Of a stretch of 64,000 bases of DNA, positions 25,297 to 37,383 are shown in pieces. The notes under the pieces were generated by a model. It did not search any database, was not told the origin of the DNA, and worked only from the letters and a program-made list of their open reading frames with translations. The stretch is from Phyllosticta citribraziliensis (lineage: Eukaryota), in NCBI RefSeq assembly GCF_038025025.1, contig NW_027117343.1, forward strand, positions 310,001 to 374,000. The letters are read 5' to 3'. Within the stretch, counting starts at the first letter, position 1; each line of letters starts with the position of its first letter. The position numbers were made by a program, and so were the translations under genes.

Positions 25297-27114
25297 CTAC
25301 ATCTTGGCGCCATTCTTCCTCCTGCTTTCCTTTTCCTTGTCTCTCAGGAGACGGCGCAAAATCTTGCCGCTCGGGCTCTTTGGAATCACGTCGATAAACT
25401 CAATACCTCCCTTGAGCCACTTGTGCTTCGTCTTGTGCTGCTCAACATGTTTCTCAACGTCGCGCTTGACCATCCGGTCATTCTCCTCGACGCCGACTGA
25501 AGGACTCTTCACCACAAACGCCTTGGGAACCTCTCCCGCCGAGTCGTCTGGCACGGGAATCACGGCGCAGTCAGCCACGGCGGGGTGGGTTAGCAGGTGC
25601 GCTTCCAGCTCTGCAGGCGCGACTTGGAAGCCCTTGACCTTGATGAGCTCTTTGATGCGGTCGACGATGAAGACATGCTCGTGGCCTTTGGGTGAGACGC
25701 GAATGACAGCCTCGTCACCAGTCCGCATCCAACCGTCCTGGAACGTCTCCTTGGTGGCCTCGGGCTTCTTGAGGTATCCCAGCGTCACCGCAGGCGACTT
25801 GACCACCAACTCTCCGGGCTGGTCGTACTCGGTAATCTCGCGCCCCTCGGGTGAGATCAGTTTGGCCTGGCATCCGGAAATCAACGATCCAGAGGAACCA
25901 AACCAAATGTCGTTGACGCTTGTCGAAGTCACGACGGTCGAAGTCTCGGTGAGACCGTACGCCTGAAGGACGAACCATTTTGGGTGCTGCGCGGACAATT
26001 CGTCTGCAGTCTCCTTTCCTAGCGGTGCGGCGCCGGTAAAGAGCGACTCGACACTGCTGAGGTCGTACTGGTCCAGCAATTTCTTTTGCTTGGCCATCAA
26101 GATGATTATCGGCGGCACCAGGTACAGCGTGTTGACCTTGAAGCGCTGTATGGTCTCGAGAAACGGCTTCATCTCAAACTTGGGCAGGACCACGACACGG
26201 TCACCACGGTACACGCTGCAAAGACACACAACGACCAGCCCATAAATATGGCTCATGGGAAGCAACCCAAGAGCCGTCTCGGTCGGATCAAGCTGGTGTC
26301 CGCTCTGTTCCCGGTTCCTGTCGCGGTCAAGCTTGTTGTACATCTTGAGTTGGAGGATGTTGGAAATGACATTGTAGTGCGAAATCATGACTCCCTTGGG
26401 GAGTCCCGAAGTTCCGCTGGAGTAGCAGAGAAACGCTGTACGTCTCCGCCCCTCTCCTGGTTGCATTTTGAATCCTTCAATTCTACGCGCGCCAAGGCCC
26501 CTTTCGATAAGCTGGTCCACAGTCTTGAATTCGGCTGGAGCTTTTTTGCCGCCAGTCAATGCATCTGGCAAGTCCAAAATGTATATGTGCTTCCGAGGAA
26601 TTCCGACTCTCCCAGCAGCCTCCAAGGCAGTCTTCAGAAGCGGCAGGCAAGTGAACAAGCATTTGGCGCCGGAATCCCTGAGCTGGTATTCGATTTCTGC
26701 AGCCGAGTAGGCGGCATTCGCAGGGGTATGGATACCCCCGAGTCGATGGGTTGCTAACGCGACAGTCATGGTGTCGATCTAACAGCAGTCAGCTCCGTTT
26801 GTCCTGGTCCGCATCCAATCCTTCCGACGACGCACCGTATTGACGCTGAAAACGCCAATGACCTTGTCCCACTCGGATCCGTTGTTCGGCTGCCAGCCCA
26901 GCTCCTGGGACAGGGCACGCGCAAGAGCTTCGATTCGGTCGATGACATGCTTGGCCGGATATTCCTTGCCAGAGAGGCCGCAAGTAAAAGGAGCACGAGC
27001 GTATGTGAGGGAAAATCGGCCGTAGGACTCGTTGTAGAGAAAGTCGAAAACGGAGGCAGAGTCCGGCGGTTCGGACGAAAGCTGGGGGACCCAGGACGGC
27101 GGATTGAAGACCAT
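25297..27114 (-). CDS. 4-coumarate/phenylacetyl-CoA ligase-like AMP-binding enzyme, 2 exons, PTS1-like C-terminus -AKM
   Basis: YSSGTSGLPKGV, AYGLTET, GWMRTGD, DRIKELIKVKGFQVAPAELE and PKSPSGKILRR. Intron at about 26835-26780. Confidence 0.9.
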
Positions 27115-28010
27115 GATTGCCAGGGGCGCGAGAAAAGAGACTCAAAGGCTAGCGACCACGACCGAGCGAACGGTACAGCGGTACAGACAGGAGACAGGCT
27201 TGGTTTGGTTTGGATGAGTGATCAGTGATCAGACAAAGGAGGAGGAGACTGAACGGTAGCCGAGCTTACCGTGGACTGGCTGTGAGGGGTACAGCTACAG
27301 CTCCGCCCGCAGAGGAAAAAGTCCGGGGGACAGGGGGGAGACGTTCCCGGTCCGTTCCCCGCGCTAGCCTGCAGGAGCAGAGGGTGCCTGCGCTTCGCTG
27401 CATGTGTGGGGTAGGGAGCTATGACGCATCGCAGAGCCGCAACACCAAAAGGACAATCAAGCTGCCTGCATCAAGACTCTCGGCCATGGATGCTCCTCAA
27501 GCTTGCACATGCCACGCATGACAGCTTTGTTCGCGCCTTCCAGGGTGGTGCGCTACAGGACCTTTGTGTGCGCCATGACCACCTGCACTGCACCTCGTGC
27601 CGGTGGTATATATCGAGGTTCTTCGCCGGCTTCCGCCTCTTCCTCTCCATCCCACATTCAGCCTCAACATTCTTCTCATTGATACACCCCGATCCATCCC
27701 TCCATTGTACAAGCATTACTGCTTCTTCCATCATCTATTCTTGCGCGCGCGCGTGCAAGTGGAGCGACGCGCCATCACATCAGGCCATCGCCATCCAGTG
27801 CAGCTTCTTGAGTTGGCGGCACTACCCCGCCAAACCACGCTAAGGGGTCAGTTGACGGGACTCGCTACCGAGCGCTCGGTTACCGTAAATACCCTCTGAT
27901 TCTCTCTCCAGACTCTTCATCTCTTCATCTCTTCATCTACTCTTCATCTGCGCATCCTCATCCATATTCTCAACATCGACCTGCGCACACCTCCTCACTA
28001 CCTAGCAGCA

Positions 28011-31000
28011 ATGGCGGCGACCGCACCTCTTCCCTCAACGCCAACCCCCCTTTTCAGGCTCGCGCAATCGATCGTCAACACGCCTTCTTCAAGCTCCTCG
28101 CTGAGCCCTCCTCCATCGGACCTTAGTGACCAGTCCATCCCTGAACTCCTCCGCTATGACTCTCGCCATGCGCACACTGGTCCAATCCCTTTCAGCGTGG
28201 ATCCTCGTGATGCGACCGTCCAAGACGCTCCATTGTCTCTCGAAGCCGTGCGCAGTCAGTCTATTTCTTTCGCATCGGAGCCGACCGACGAACATCTCCC
28301 TCCAACTCCTTCCCCTGTCGACGCGAAGCCCAGGAAGCGCAAGGAGCCGCCTTCCCCCATCGGCTCGAAGCGCAGGAAGCAGAGGAAGGTTGCATTCCCA
28401 CAGAGGACCTCGAGCCGCATCGCCGCCGCCAAGTTGAATCTTGAGGCAGACCTGTCGGATACGCTTGAGTTGCCCCACAAGCGCGAGAAGGTCCAGAAAA
28501 TCCAGAAGGCTCAGAGGACCCAGAAGGTCCAGAAGTCCCAGAAGATCAAGAATGCCAGGAAGATCCAGATCACCCAGAAGCGTGAGATGATAGTGTGTCT
28601 ATTCATCTCGGCAGAAAAACTCGGCGCGGTCGTCAAGAATCTTGAGGATGCCAGTCAACCCCAGACCGGCCCCCAGAGGAGATCTACTCGCTCAAGTCAG
28701 CGATTGCAGCAGCCAAACCCGCAGCCCACATCTTCTCCAGAGTCTCTCCCGCAATCAGGTCTATCCCTCCCGCCAGAAAAGCTCGCCGAGGTCATCAAGA
28801 ATACTGGGGATGTCAGTAAATCCCAGACTGGTACCTCGAGGAGATCTACTCGCTCAAGAAGGCAACTGCAGCGACCAAGCCCGCAGCCTACATCTTCTCC
28901 AGAGTTTGTCCAGCAACCGGTCCGTTCGCGCCAAAATGTAGGCCAGTCCATCTTGTCGCCTCCAACTTCACAGGACGAATCAAACATTCAGCTTGCATCC
29001 AGCGCTACCACAGCTCCATCCCGGGACTTTACGGAAGAGGAAAAACACCTCGCAGGCATCTCCAGAGCCCTCATCGTCCTCAGCGATCCGCCAGAGGACC
29101 CGAGCTCATCCAAGCCGCCACCTGTGCGTGAACCAGAAGTCTGGGCTGACGGAAGACAAGCCCTGTGCGAGACGCTTCCTTACTACCACGCCTATCAGAG
29201 TGGTGGATACGTCACTGGCGGCTTTGCATATGGCTTCATGGTCGACAAAGAGAGCAGCGCTCGTGACTACATGGATTCCGAGGTTCTCATCACTCGAGCT
29301 GGAGGGGGACTCTCCAGAGACGCCAACAGCGGAAGCATGGTGCGAGGAAGCGACCAATCCCTCAAGTCGTCACAGGTCCAGGGAGTGAGAAACAGCATGG
29401 ACTTCTTCAATCCTGTCGCCATCATTAGCGGCGATCGAAACCCACAGGCCCCGTGTGCTATGCCGCATCCCTACAACGTCCTCGATTGGTTCAAGCCAGC
29501 ATACGTCTGGGCAGAGAAGTCGAACGGTCATGTCGTCGTCAAATACCGCTTTGAAAAGCTGGACAAGGACAAGTCAAGCTGGTGGATGCCTCAAGGACTG
29601 GAGGAACCAGCCAAGCTCGGCAGCCTTCCTGCGCCAGAGATCAAGACTTGTGATGATTGTTCCGAGTCCAGCACAAGGGTCTACCTTCAAGGATGGATGT
29701 GCCTTCAACCACAATGCGCCAATTTCTGGAAGATCGACGGCTTGGAGCCGGAAGAGGCCAGCCTGCTGTACGACCCTCGATTCCTGAAACAGTATACTCC
29801 ATGGGGACACTCGAGCGCTCCGCAGCCTTTGCGACCCGAGCCCATGCGACTGGGCAGTATGCCGGTTCTTGGTGATGACGTTTCTTGGGCAGCAGGCAAG
29901 GGCATTGCTTGTCCTGACTGTGGCCGTTGCAACTCCCGAGAGGTTTGGAAGGGCTGGCAATGTGGAAATCCTGCCTGCAGCTTCGAATACAGCCTCCCTC
30001 ACTCCCTGATCCCTCCATCCGGAATCCGGAACCCTTACGACCCGGCTTCAAAAGGCTACACCTCCTCCAAAGACCAGGTTTTGAGTTCCAGCGTCGGCTT
30101 GGAAGTCGAATTCGCAAACAACTACCGCATCCACAAGTACATCATTCCTGGCATCCCTGGATTCATCGCCCACTTCATAGCCAATGGCACCGTCAACGAG
30201 GAGCTTGATGGCCCTGATGACATGTGGACAGAGCTCCAGTCGACTGAGATTGGTCTATGCCGCCGCCCCCTCCAGTGCTCTACTCTGCGTGGCCCCATGC
30301 TCACCCAGCACTTTTCTGTGAACTACGGCATGCCCTACAAGTTCATCGCATCTACTGAAAGTCACAGCTTCGAGAATGCTTGCAAGGCCATCAAGGATTC
30401 TCGCTCGCGCCTGAACTGGGCTGCCCGCCAGTGCAATCCAGACCACGGAAACGAGTTCAACGAGTTGCTGGCTCTTGGCTACTTTGAGCGCCAAGGCATC
30501 GACTACCATGACGATGGCGAGAAGGGTCTCGGACCGACCATTGCTACGCTCTCGCTCGGTTCAACATCCAACATGAAGATCAGGATGAAAGCAAAGCACC
30601 ACAACGGCGCCACCAAGTCTGGAGCGTATGTCGACCTGCCGCCCATCCCTGGATGTCTCAAGTACGAGGAGCGCAAGGCAGCGCACGATGCATTGGAGCA
30701 GCTTCGAGCACAAGGCGAATTCGACGCCGCAAAGGCCCGCGTGAAGCAGCTACCCAAGCAACTCGGCCTGAAGAGCAAGGGCAATGCCAAGGATGTCCTC
30801 AACATGTTTCTGCGCCACGGCGACATTGTCATCATGCACGGAGCCAAGATTCAGCAGTACTTTGAACACACGGTCGAGCATGCTGGCAAGCTGCGCTTTG
30901 CCCTCACTTGCAGGTACATTGATCCGGAGAGCCTGCCGCCGGCGGACCGACCAAGCTACATGGTTGAGGCTGATCAGGGTGTGTACGACGGACGTATGCT

Positions 31001-31019
31001 CCCTGACGCACGCGCGTGA
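28011..31019 (+). CDS. Large fungal AlkB-family 2OG-Fe(II) dioxygenase with upstream SRA/SAD-like and Cys-rich regions, intronless
   Basis: C-terminal FNELLALGY, HxD motif YHDDGEKGLGPTIATLSLG, HGDIVIMHG..Q..EH and RFALTCR. Central CDDC...WMCLQPQC and CPDCGRC...WQCGNPAC. Conserved-looking block PEVWADGRQALCETLPYY. Confidence 0.82.
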   Translation: MAATAPLPSTPTPLFRLAQSIVNTPSSSSSLSPPPSDLSDQSIPELLRYDSRHAHTGPIPFSVDPRDATVQDAPLSLEAVRSQSISFASEPTDEHLPPTPSPVDAKPRKRKEPPSPIGSKRRKQRKVAFPQRTSSRIAAAKLNLEADLSDTLELPHKREKVQKIQKAQRTQKVQKSQKIKNARKIQITQKREMIVCLFISAEKLGAVVKNLEDASQPQTGPQRRSTRSSQRLQQPNPQPTSSPESLPQSGLSLPPEKLAEVIKNTGDVSKSQTGTSRRSTRSRRQLQRPSPQPTSSPEFVQQPVRSRQNVGQSILSPPTSQDESNIQLASSATTAPSRDFTEEEKHLAGISRALIVLSDPPEDPSSSKPPPVREPEVWADGRQALCETLPYYHAYQSGGYVTGGFAYGFMVDKESSARDYMDSEVLITRAGGGLSRDANSGSMVRGSDQSLKSSQVQGVRNSMDFFNPVAIISGDRNPQAPCAMPHPYNVLDWFKPAYVWAEKSNGHVVVKYRFEKLDKDKSSWWMPQGLEEPAKLGSLPAPEIKTCDDCSESSTRVYLQGWMCLQPQCANFWKIDGLEPEEASLLYDPRFLKQYTPWGHSSAPQPLRPEPMRLGSMPVLGDDVSWAAGKGIACPDCGRCNSREVWKGWQCGNPACSFEYSLPHSLIPPSGIRNPYDPASKGYTSSKDQVLSSSVGLEVEFANNYRIHKYIIPGIPGFIAHFIANGTVNEELDGPDDMWTELQSTEIGLCRRPLQCSTLRGPMLTQHFSVNYGMPYKFIASTESHSFENACKAIKDSRSRLNWAARQCNPDHGNEFNELLALGYFERQGIDYHDDGEKGLGPTIATLSLGSTSNMKIRMKAKHHNGATKSGAYVDLPPIPGCLKYEERKAAHDALEQLRAQGEFDAAKARVKQLPKQLGLKSKGNAKDVLNMFLRHGDIVIMHGAKIQQYFEHTVEHAGKLRFALTCRYIDPESLPPADRPSYMVEADQGVYDGRMLPDARA
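28611..28905 (+). repeat. Intragenic direct duplication, 162-bp (54-aa) period
   Basis: EKLGAVVKN...RRSTRS...PQPTSSPE is repeated as EKLAEVIKN...RRSTRS...PQPTSSPE. DNA segments such as GAGGAGATCTACTCGCTCAAG and ACATCTTCTCCAGAGT occur in both units. Confidence 0.85.
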
Positions 31020-31506
31020 AGGGTGATGAACGCTCCTGGCGGTGGTACGTGAACGTGGTCGAATGCTTCTGGTGCGGTGCGCTGTACGATTCCGAATGCT
31101 CCCTGGTGTCGTCGGTGGGAGCGATCGAAGGCTCCCTGGGTGTTTGCTGTTTGCTGTTGCGTTCGAAGGCTCCCTCTATTCTTTCGGTGTTTTCTCTGGG
31201 AGCAGTCGACGACTGCCCCATTTCCTAGTATGGGCGTTGCTATCTACACTTTGCTTTTCGGGACATGCTCACATGGAGCATGGATTTACGGACTACTGAT
31301 ACCACTGGGAGGACATACTCTTGCTCACTTCATCAATCATTTGCTCTTTCTTTGCTCAGGTAGACACATTAATCAAAAGTATGGTTTCGGATAGACAAGA
31401 CTCCTGCTGCCATCTATGCACCAAGTAAAGACACTTTTGAACCCGCTTTCCCACCGAGACCGGAATGAAATTGCCCGTGAACGCCAGCCCTGATACCTTT
31501 GGGTGG

Positions 31507-32503
31507 CTAGAGAGCCGTCCCCCGCTCGAAGCTCTCGCGAATGTCGGCTGTGTACTTGTTGTAGAAGCGGGCCAGCTTGTCGTTGAACTGCTTGTTCTGC
31601 GCGGACGTCAGCTCCCACCCTGCAAATCCACGCGGAAAGAAGAGCACAAACCTTTTGATTGATGTACGTGACATCGCCGGCATCTTCCGCATCATTGATA
31701 CCACGCGCCCTGCGGGCCTTGAGCCGCTGCTCCTCCGCCTTCTTCATAGCGCCGACCAAGCGATCGACGCCCTCCTTGTCGGGGCGATGGTTGACAAAAT
31801 CGGTGCTGTCGGCGGTCGAGTAGAAGCTGCCGTCCTTGTCGACAGCGATCAGCTCGCCGCCCTCCATCTCGACGATCTCGAGGCCACCACTGCGCGCGGC
31901 GCGCTCGATGGCCTGCATCTTCTGCCGCTCGTAGCCGTCCAGGTCGGGCGGCAGGTCGCGCAGCTGGCGCTTGTACGTCTTGCGGGCGTCGGCGCGGTAG
32001 TCGGCGAAGGCGACGCCCGCGCGGTGCTTTTCCTTCTTCTCGACGCGGCGGTCCCACCGCTCGCTCTCCTCCACCGTCCAGTCCCAGGCGCGCTTGCGCT
32101 CGAAGTCTTCGCCTGAGTCGGCCGTTTCCGCTTTGAGCAGGTTGTGCGAGGCGACGGCGTGTTTGCGTTTGAGCGAGCTGAGCGCGGCCGGGTCGACGGT
32201 TGCTCGTCGCGCTTCTTCGGAGGAGTCTTTGAGGTTTTGCTTGCGTGATGCTGCTTGTCGTGCTTGTAGCGCTTTGAAGCGTGCGAGGCGATCGTTGGAT
32301 GCTGTGCTGGGTGCCGCGCTGCTACTGCTGGAGGAGGCGGCGGTGGGCTCGTTGCTATCGTTGTTCTCGCTGCTGTCGGCGTTTTCTTGCGTCTCGTTCG
32401 TTTCTGGGGCACCTGCTGGGTCGGTCTCGATAAATCTGCGCTTCGATGACTGCTCCCCGGCGATGTCGCTCTCGGGCGTGGTTTTGCGTTTCTCGGACGG
32501 CAT
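31507..32503 (-). CDS. SYF2: Pre-mRNA splicing factor Syf2, 2 exons
   Basis: [21 protein letters not shown] and [37 protein letters not shown]. Confidence 0.92.
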
Positions 32504-32737
32504 GGCGTGTGGGTTTGCGGAGGCTGGTTGGAGTAGAGAGAGGAGGCGAAGTCGAAAGTCAACAAGTGACGTTGGAGTGCAGCTGAAGGCGGTGAGGAGG
32601 TGAGTGGGTGAGGGCGTCCCCGGCACAGGGCAGGGATGCCAAGCCCAACCACCACCTACGGCACGACGCGCGGACATCAGAACGTCAGAGTTCCGCAACT
32701 CTCTCCGTCGACCAAAAACGGCCCGAAGCCATCCACC

Positions 32738-34195
32738 ATGGCACGCCCCGTGCACTCTTCTCTGATCTACAATCCATCCTCCGTCTTCATCAGTCGCAAC
32801 TGCAGTCAACGGCGCATCTTCAAGAGGCGGAGTTTCTCGACCGCGGCGCAAGCTGCCGATGACACGACTCCTCCTCCTCCGCCCGGCCTATCAACATCAC
32901 TGCTCGAACTCAATCGCTCGTTCATTAGGAAATCAATTGGCGCCGAGCAGCTGGCGCCCGTCAAGAACGCCATCCTCAAGCCCTTTAGCAACCCATTCGC
33001 CGGCAACCCGCTCAACTATGATTCCCTGTGGTACGACCCGCCCTCGTTCGACGCCCTCGTCGACAGCCATTTGCGCGTTTTGGAGTCCTACGAAAACGGT
33101 ACCAGCTTCCTGCGCGTCTCCGGCAAGCGCTACCTCTACTTCATGAAGGCCGTCTTGTCCGAACGCACGCTACCGCGCGACTGGAAATGCCATGCCATGG
33201 ACCGCGTGGCCACGTATCTTTCCTGCCAGCATCGCGCGCAACTCGTTCGACCGCGGCGCCGGCGGTTTCCTGTCGAACTGCTGGGTCGCAACGAGCGCCT
33301 CTTGATCTTGCTCAATGCCATTTGCGCCGAAGCAGAGAGGGCGGGCAACCTGCCTCTGCCGCAGTCTCTTGTCGAGTTAAGCCTCGAAATGGCAGTCGAG
33401 TGCCGCAATTTCCCGGCGTGCATGGCTCATCTCCAAAGGCTCTGCGAATCCAACCACAAAATGAGTAGCAGGGTCTTCAAGAAGGTGGTTGTGAGACTCG
33501 GCGAGCCGCCGCGGTCTTTTTCCAAAATTCTTGCGCTGAGGCCTTTTCGGGCGTGGGATAGCACTCTCTCGGCGATGGTCATGGTCGGCGTGCCGGAAGA
33601 GACAGGAGAGAGCTATGGTTATGCCAGATTGAGCACTCTTGTTGAACGCAACGATCCAACGTGCTTCAAGCCCTGGCTGGAATCGCTTGCGGCTATGAGC
33701 GCCCAGTCCCCAGAATCCAGGCTCCGGTTGACACGACAACTACGCAGAGAGTGGGACAACTGGCGAAACTCACTGCGACCAAACTACGAGAAACGTCAAG
33801 CTCCTGGCATCCGGCCAGACCGCCGCGCTGCGGAGCTGGAAATGTGCTTTCTGGAGTCCTTCGTCCGCGCTGGCGCGTATTCAGATGGGTGGAGAGTCCT
33901 TTTCAGCACCAAAATCGCTTTTACCGCTCTGCCCCCGGATGTCAGGCGAGCGCTGATTGAGAATCCTGAATTCACGCAGCCAAAATCCTGGACGCCAGAG
34001 AACGAGAAGCAGGTGCTCAGCGTCTATGCAGAGTACTTGCGCGCCATTGAAGGTGCCCTTGGAGTCCAGTGGGTCCGAGACGAGGCGACGGGTGAGAGCT
34101 ACCATAGGATTTCAACCGGTAACCTGCGTGCTGGAAAGTCTCGTGCGTCCAGGGGAAGAGTCCGGCGAAGAATTTCTCATCGCCCCAAGAAGTGA
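32738..34195 (+). CDS. Hypothetical protein with mitochondrial presequence-like N-terminus
   Basis: Long ORF starting at CCACCATGG. N-terminus is R/S-rich and lacks acidic residues (RRIFKRRSFSTAAQ). Divergent from SYF2. No family recognised. Confidence 0.65.
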   Translation: MARPVHSSLIYNPSSVFISRNCSQRRIFKRRSFSTAAQAADDTTPPPPPGLSTSLLELNRSFIRKSIGAEQLAPVKNAILKPFSNPFAGNPLNYDSLWYDPPSFDALVDSHLRVLESYENGTSFLRVSGKRYLYFMKAVLSERTLPRDWKCHAMDRVATYLSCQHRAQLVRPRRRRFPVELLGRNERLLILLNAICAEAERAGNLPLPQSLVELSLEMAVECRNFPACMAHLQRLCESNHKMSSRVFKKVVVRLGEPPRSFSKILALRPFRAWDSTLSAMVMVGVPEETGESYGYARLSTLVERNDPTCFKPWLESLAAMSAQSPESRLRLTRQLRREWDNWRNSLRPNYEKRQAPGIRPDRRAAELEMCFLESFVRAGAYSDGWRVLFSTKIAFTALPPDVRRALIENPEFTQPKSWTPENEKQVLSVYAEYLRAIEGALGVQWVRDEATGESYHRISTGNLRAGKSRASRGRVRRRISHRPKK

Positions 34196-34490
34196 GAATC
34201 GCTGTTTTGTGCTTTTGTAAGTGAGCTGTATCCTTTCTCTGTGTCCCTTTCGTATTGACTTAACAGGATGTGTCGATCTGCCTTGCCGCATTGCATGTTC
34301 TCAGCGGATACCCATTTGCTATTCAATTGTAGATAAATAAACAGCATCTACACTTCCGCACCACTGGAATGCCAACACTTTAATGGATCACCTGCACGGG
34401 CTTCGGGCTTCAGGACAACATTTTCTGGATTATGGATTTTATTATTAACAGTCGTATACTGACATGACAGCCTCTCGTCTGACCGTGGTA

Positions 34491-35984
34491 TCAATAATGT
34501 CGAGCTCTATAAGCTTCGTTCCTGTCGGACCCTGCCGACGTTCCCGACCTCTCGGACCACTGGACGTCATTCACCACGGTAACCTCAATCCTCTTCAACG
34601 GCACCTCGTCGCCGTGCTCGGAATCCCCTCCCTGATTAGCCGTATGGCTCATCGATCGTTCCACGACCGTCGTCGACGTCCCGTAGTCCTCGCCGTGCGT
34701 GGTGAAGATGTCGTCCAGGCGCTGGAAATGGCGCTCGCCCGTCTTGCTCCTCGTTGCGCCTGTGCCGCCAATGGTCACCAGCTCGGCGCCGAAACTGCGG
34801 CTGCGGCTCTGGCTGGGCGTGTTTTTGGAACGAGCCGCGCTGCTGCCGAATTGAGTCGATATCGCGCGCATGAGTGGCCGCAACGTCGGGAGACATGCGC
34901 TGATGATGCCGCATGCTACCTCGACGACGCACCACGTGCATGCCGTTGCAAGCGTCCCTTGAGATTGTCAGCAGGCGGTACCGCAATGCATTTCTCTCGA
35001 CTTACACGTCGTGTCGCTTGTTTGGAACTGCATGATGGTCGTGAAGCGGTAGATGCTGGCAAACAAGACGCTACATTTGTTAGCCATCTGCTTTCGTCGG
35101 CCGAGGAGTGTGCTCACAAGCTACCGAGCAGGAACATGAGGCAAAGAGAAATCTTTTGCGCCAGCGTCACCTGCAGCTTAAAAACTTGGCCAACGGGCAT
35201 GGCCAGAATCGCCACATCGGTGATGATGTTGGGAATGGCGTTACCGATGAACGAGGCCTTGAGGTCGATGCAAGACGCCTTGATGGACGTATCCCACGCG
35301 CCCTTGATGGGAGTACACTGGAAAATGCTGACGCAGTTGATAGCGATGACCCATCCGACGGTCATGAAACCCAGGATGTACGCGCCTATCCGGAACCCGG
35401 GCAGGGGGAAGATGCGCGAGTACATTGTGACGACGGACAATTTGACGAGGCCGACGCCTGTGCAGTAGATGCACTCGAAGGCCATGAGGAGCTACGAAGA
35501 ATCAGATGGCCGCGCCGCTCAACCAGAAACCGGAAACGGGTACCTTGAGGACCATGACTATGTCTGCCGGATCGAGGATCTTGGCGTGCTGTCCCAAGCC
35601 GTGGGCAATCACTGTTGGTTTTTCCTGGTTAGCGTACTGCGGCGTCACTCGGAGCACTTTGCGTCCAAACGTACTGCCATAATTGAGACCGCCTGCGCCG
35701 TAGCAGAACAGCTATTCCAAGTCAGCCCTACTCCCAACACACAAAGGACTTGACAATACCAAAGCAACAACCGTCATCCAGTCGTCGGCCCCGAAATTCG
35801 CTCCTCTAGTCCACCGTGCCGCAAACCGCAGCACGACAAAGACGGTCGCGAGGACAAGCAGCGCGCTCGTGATGGCTGTAAGACTGGGGCCCTTGTCTTC
35901 ATACAGGTCGTCCCGCGGCAGGAGAATCGACGCGTTGCTACTCATCGAGGTGGCATGGCGGGCCAAGGAGGCGTACGGAACCAT
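34491..35984 (-). CDS. PTH11-like (rhodopsin-domain) integral membrane protein, multi-exon, no CFEM domain
   Basis: FVVLRFAARW...FGADDW, GLGQH, VKLSVVTMYSRIF, FQCTPIKGAWD...C, NIITDVAILAMP and WCVVEVACGIISACLPTLRP. Start at 35984 or 35945. Confidence 0.85.
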
Positions 35985-37383
35985 GGAGCTGCAGAGATCG
36001 ACAAAAGCCGGGGTGTGGAGGAGGTCGACTGGGACGACTTGTTCAAAGCATTCAACGCATAGGCGGCATGTGCGAGTTGTACGATATAATCTTCTGATGA
36101 CAACGGTCGTCGGTGATGGAAGTGGCTGCGCGGTCGGGATGTCTGTCTCGGCGACGACGACGGGCGACTCGACTCGACTCGATTCGAAGCCGGGGGCCTC
36201 GCCCTACTTAGTAGACAGCGTCAACCGACTGGCAAGAGTCAGGAACAGAGTCAAGAGAAGGGCATGGGGCTCCAATTTTGCGCGGGCGAGGCGCTCAGAC
36301 CGCAGCACAAAAGGGCTTGCACTTCAGCAATTGGGCATGCGGACGCGTTCATCGCTCTCCCCTCCGGCTGGATGGCTGCTGCGAAATCTCCAGAGCTGTG
36401 ATTACATTAGTCGCGCCAGAGGCCGGCCACCTGCCGGAGCGTGGCGGGCAGATCTCTTTCTAAAAAACGTGGTCGCTGTTTGAAAGAGCGAGGCGAAAAA
36501 GTCCACCCCTTTGTTTGCTCCTCCTGCTCGACCAATCGCCTGGCCAGTCCTGGCCGCGGTCCGCGAGTCGCTCCCGTCGCCCACGAGTCGCAACAACACG
36601 CAAGGCCATCTCGCCCTTTGCCCATTGGGCCGCAGGGGACTGACGATGGCCAGTCAGCTGGATGTATCCGTCCATTTCTTACTGGCTCGGATCGCATCGA
36701 GCGCTCCGTGATTAATACGGCGTGGAGCTGGGTGATGGGCAGCACGAAAACACGTTGGGACAAGATTGTCGACGCTGCTTGTCCTTCCCGGGCCGAAGGA
36801 TAGCCGCTTGGAGCGCGAAGCGCAAACGGGCCGCGTCCCATGGACGGCATTTCACCCCGAGATCCCGAACTGCTGCAGCGCCCCGGCTGTCTCGCGAAGA
36901 AAGAGGAAGCTTAAGCAACAAGGTTCTTGCGCCTCGGGCCCAGGAAGAGGGATCTTGGGACATGGCAGGCCTTTTGCTCGCGTATGCTCGTCTGCGACGG
37001 GTAAGCGAGCACGCTGATGCAACTTGTTCCCCGCCGTTTCGAAGCGTTTTGGGCCTCTCCGGCGGTGGACACCAGCCCCCATCTGGTTCACCCTGCCAAG
37101 TCTCCACGATGCCCCAATATGGTAAAATGGAGCCGCAGTGCAGCCGCCGCATGAAGGTCTGACTCGCAGCGTCCTCCGCGCTTCACCCAGGCCACGCGTT
37201 AGTAAGGGTCCAGCGATGTTCAGGGACCCGGAAGCTCTTAAAGCTATTGTGGAGGCCGAGCAGAAGAGGGGCGCCAGGCTCTATTACCAGGACCATTCTT
37301 CCCTCGTCAAACTCACCTCTTCGACAACTTTCTCCGGCATCCTAGGTTCCTAGCACAGCTACTGCCTTCCTCGCATCACCAAC

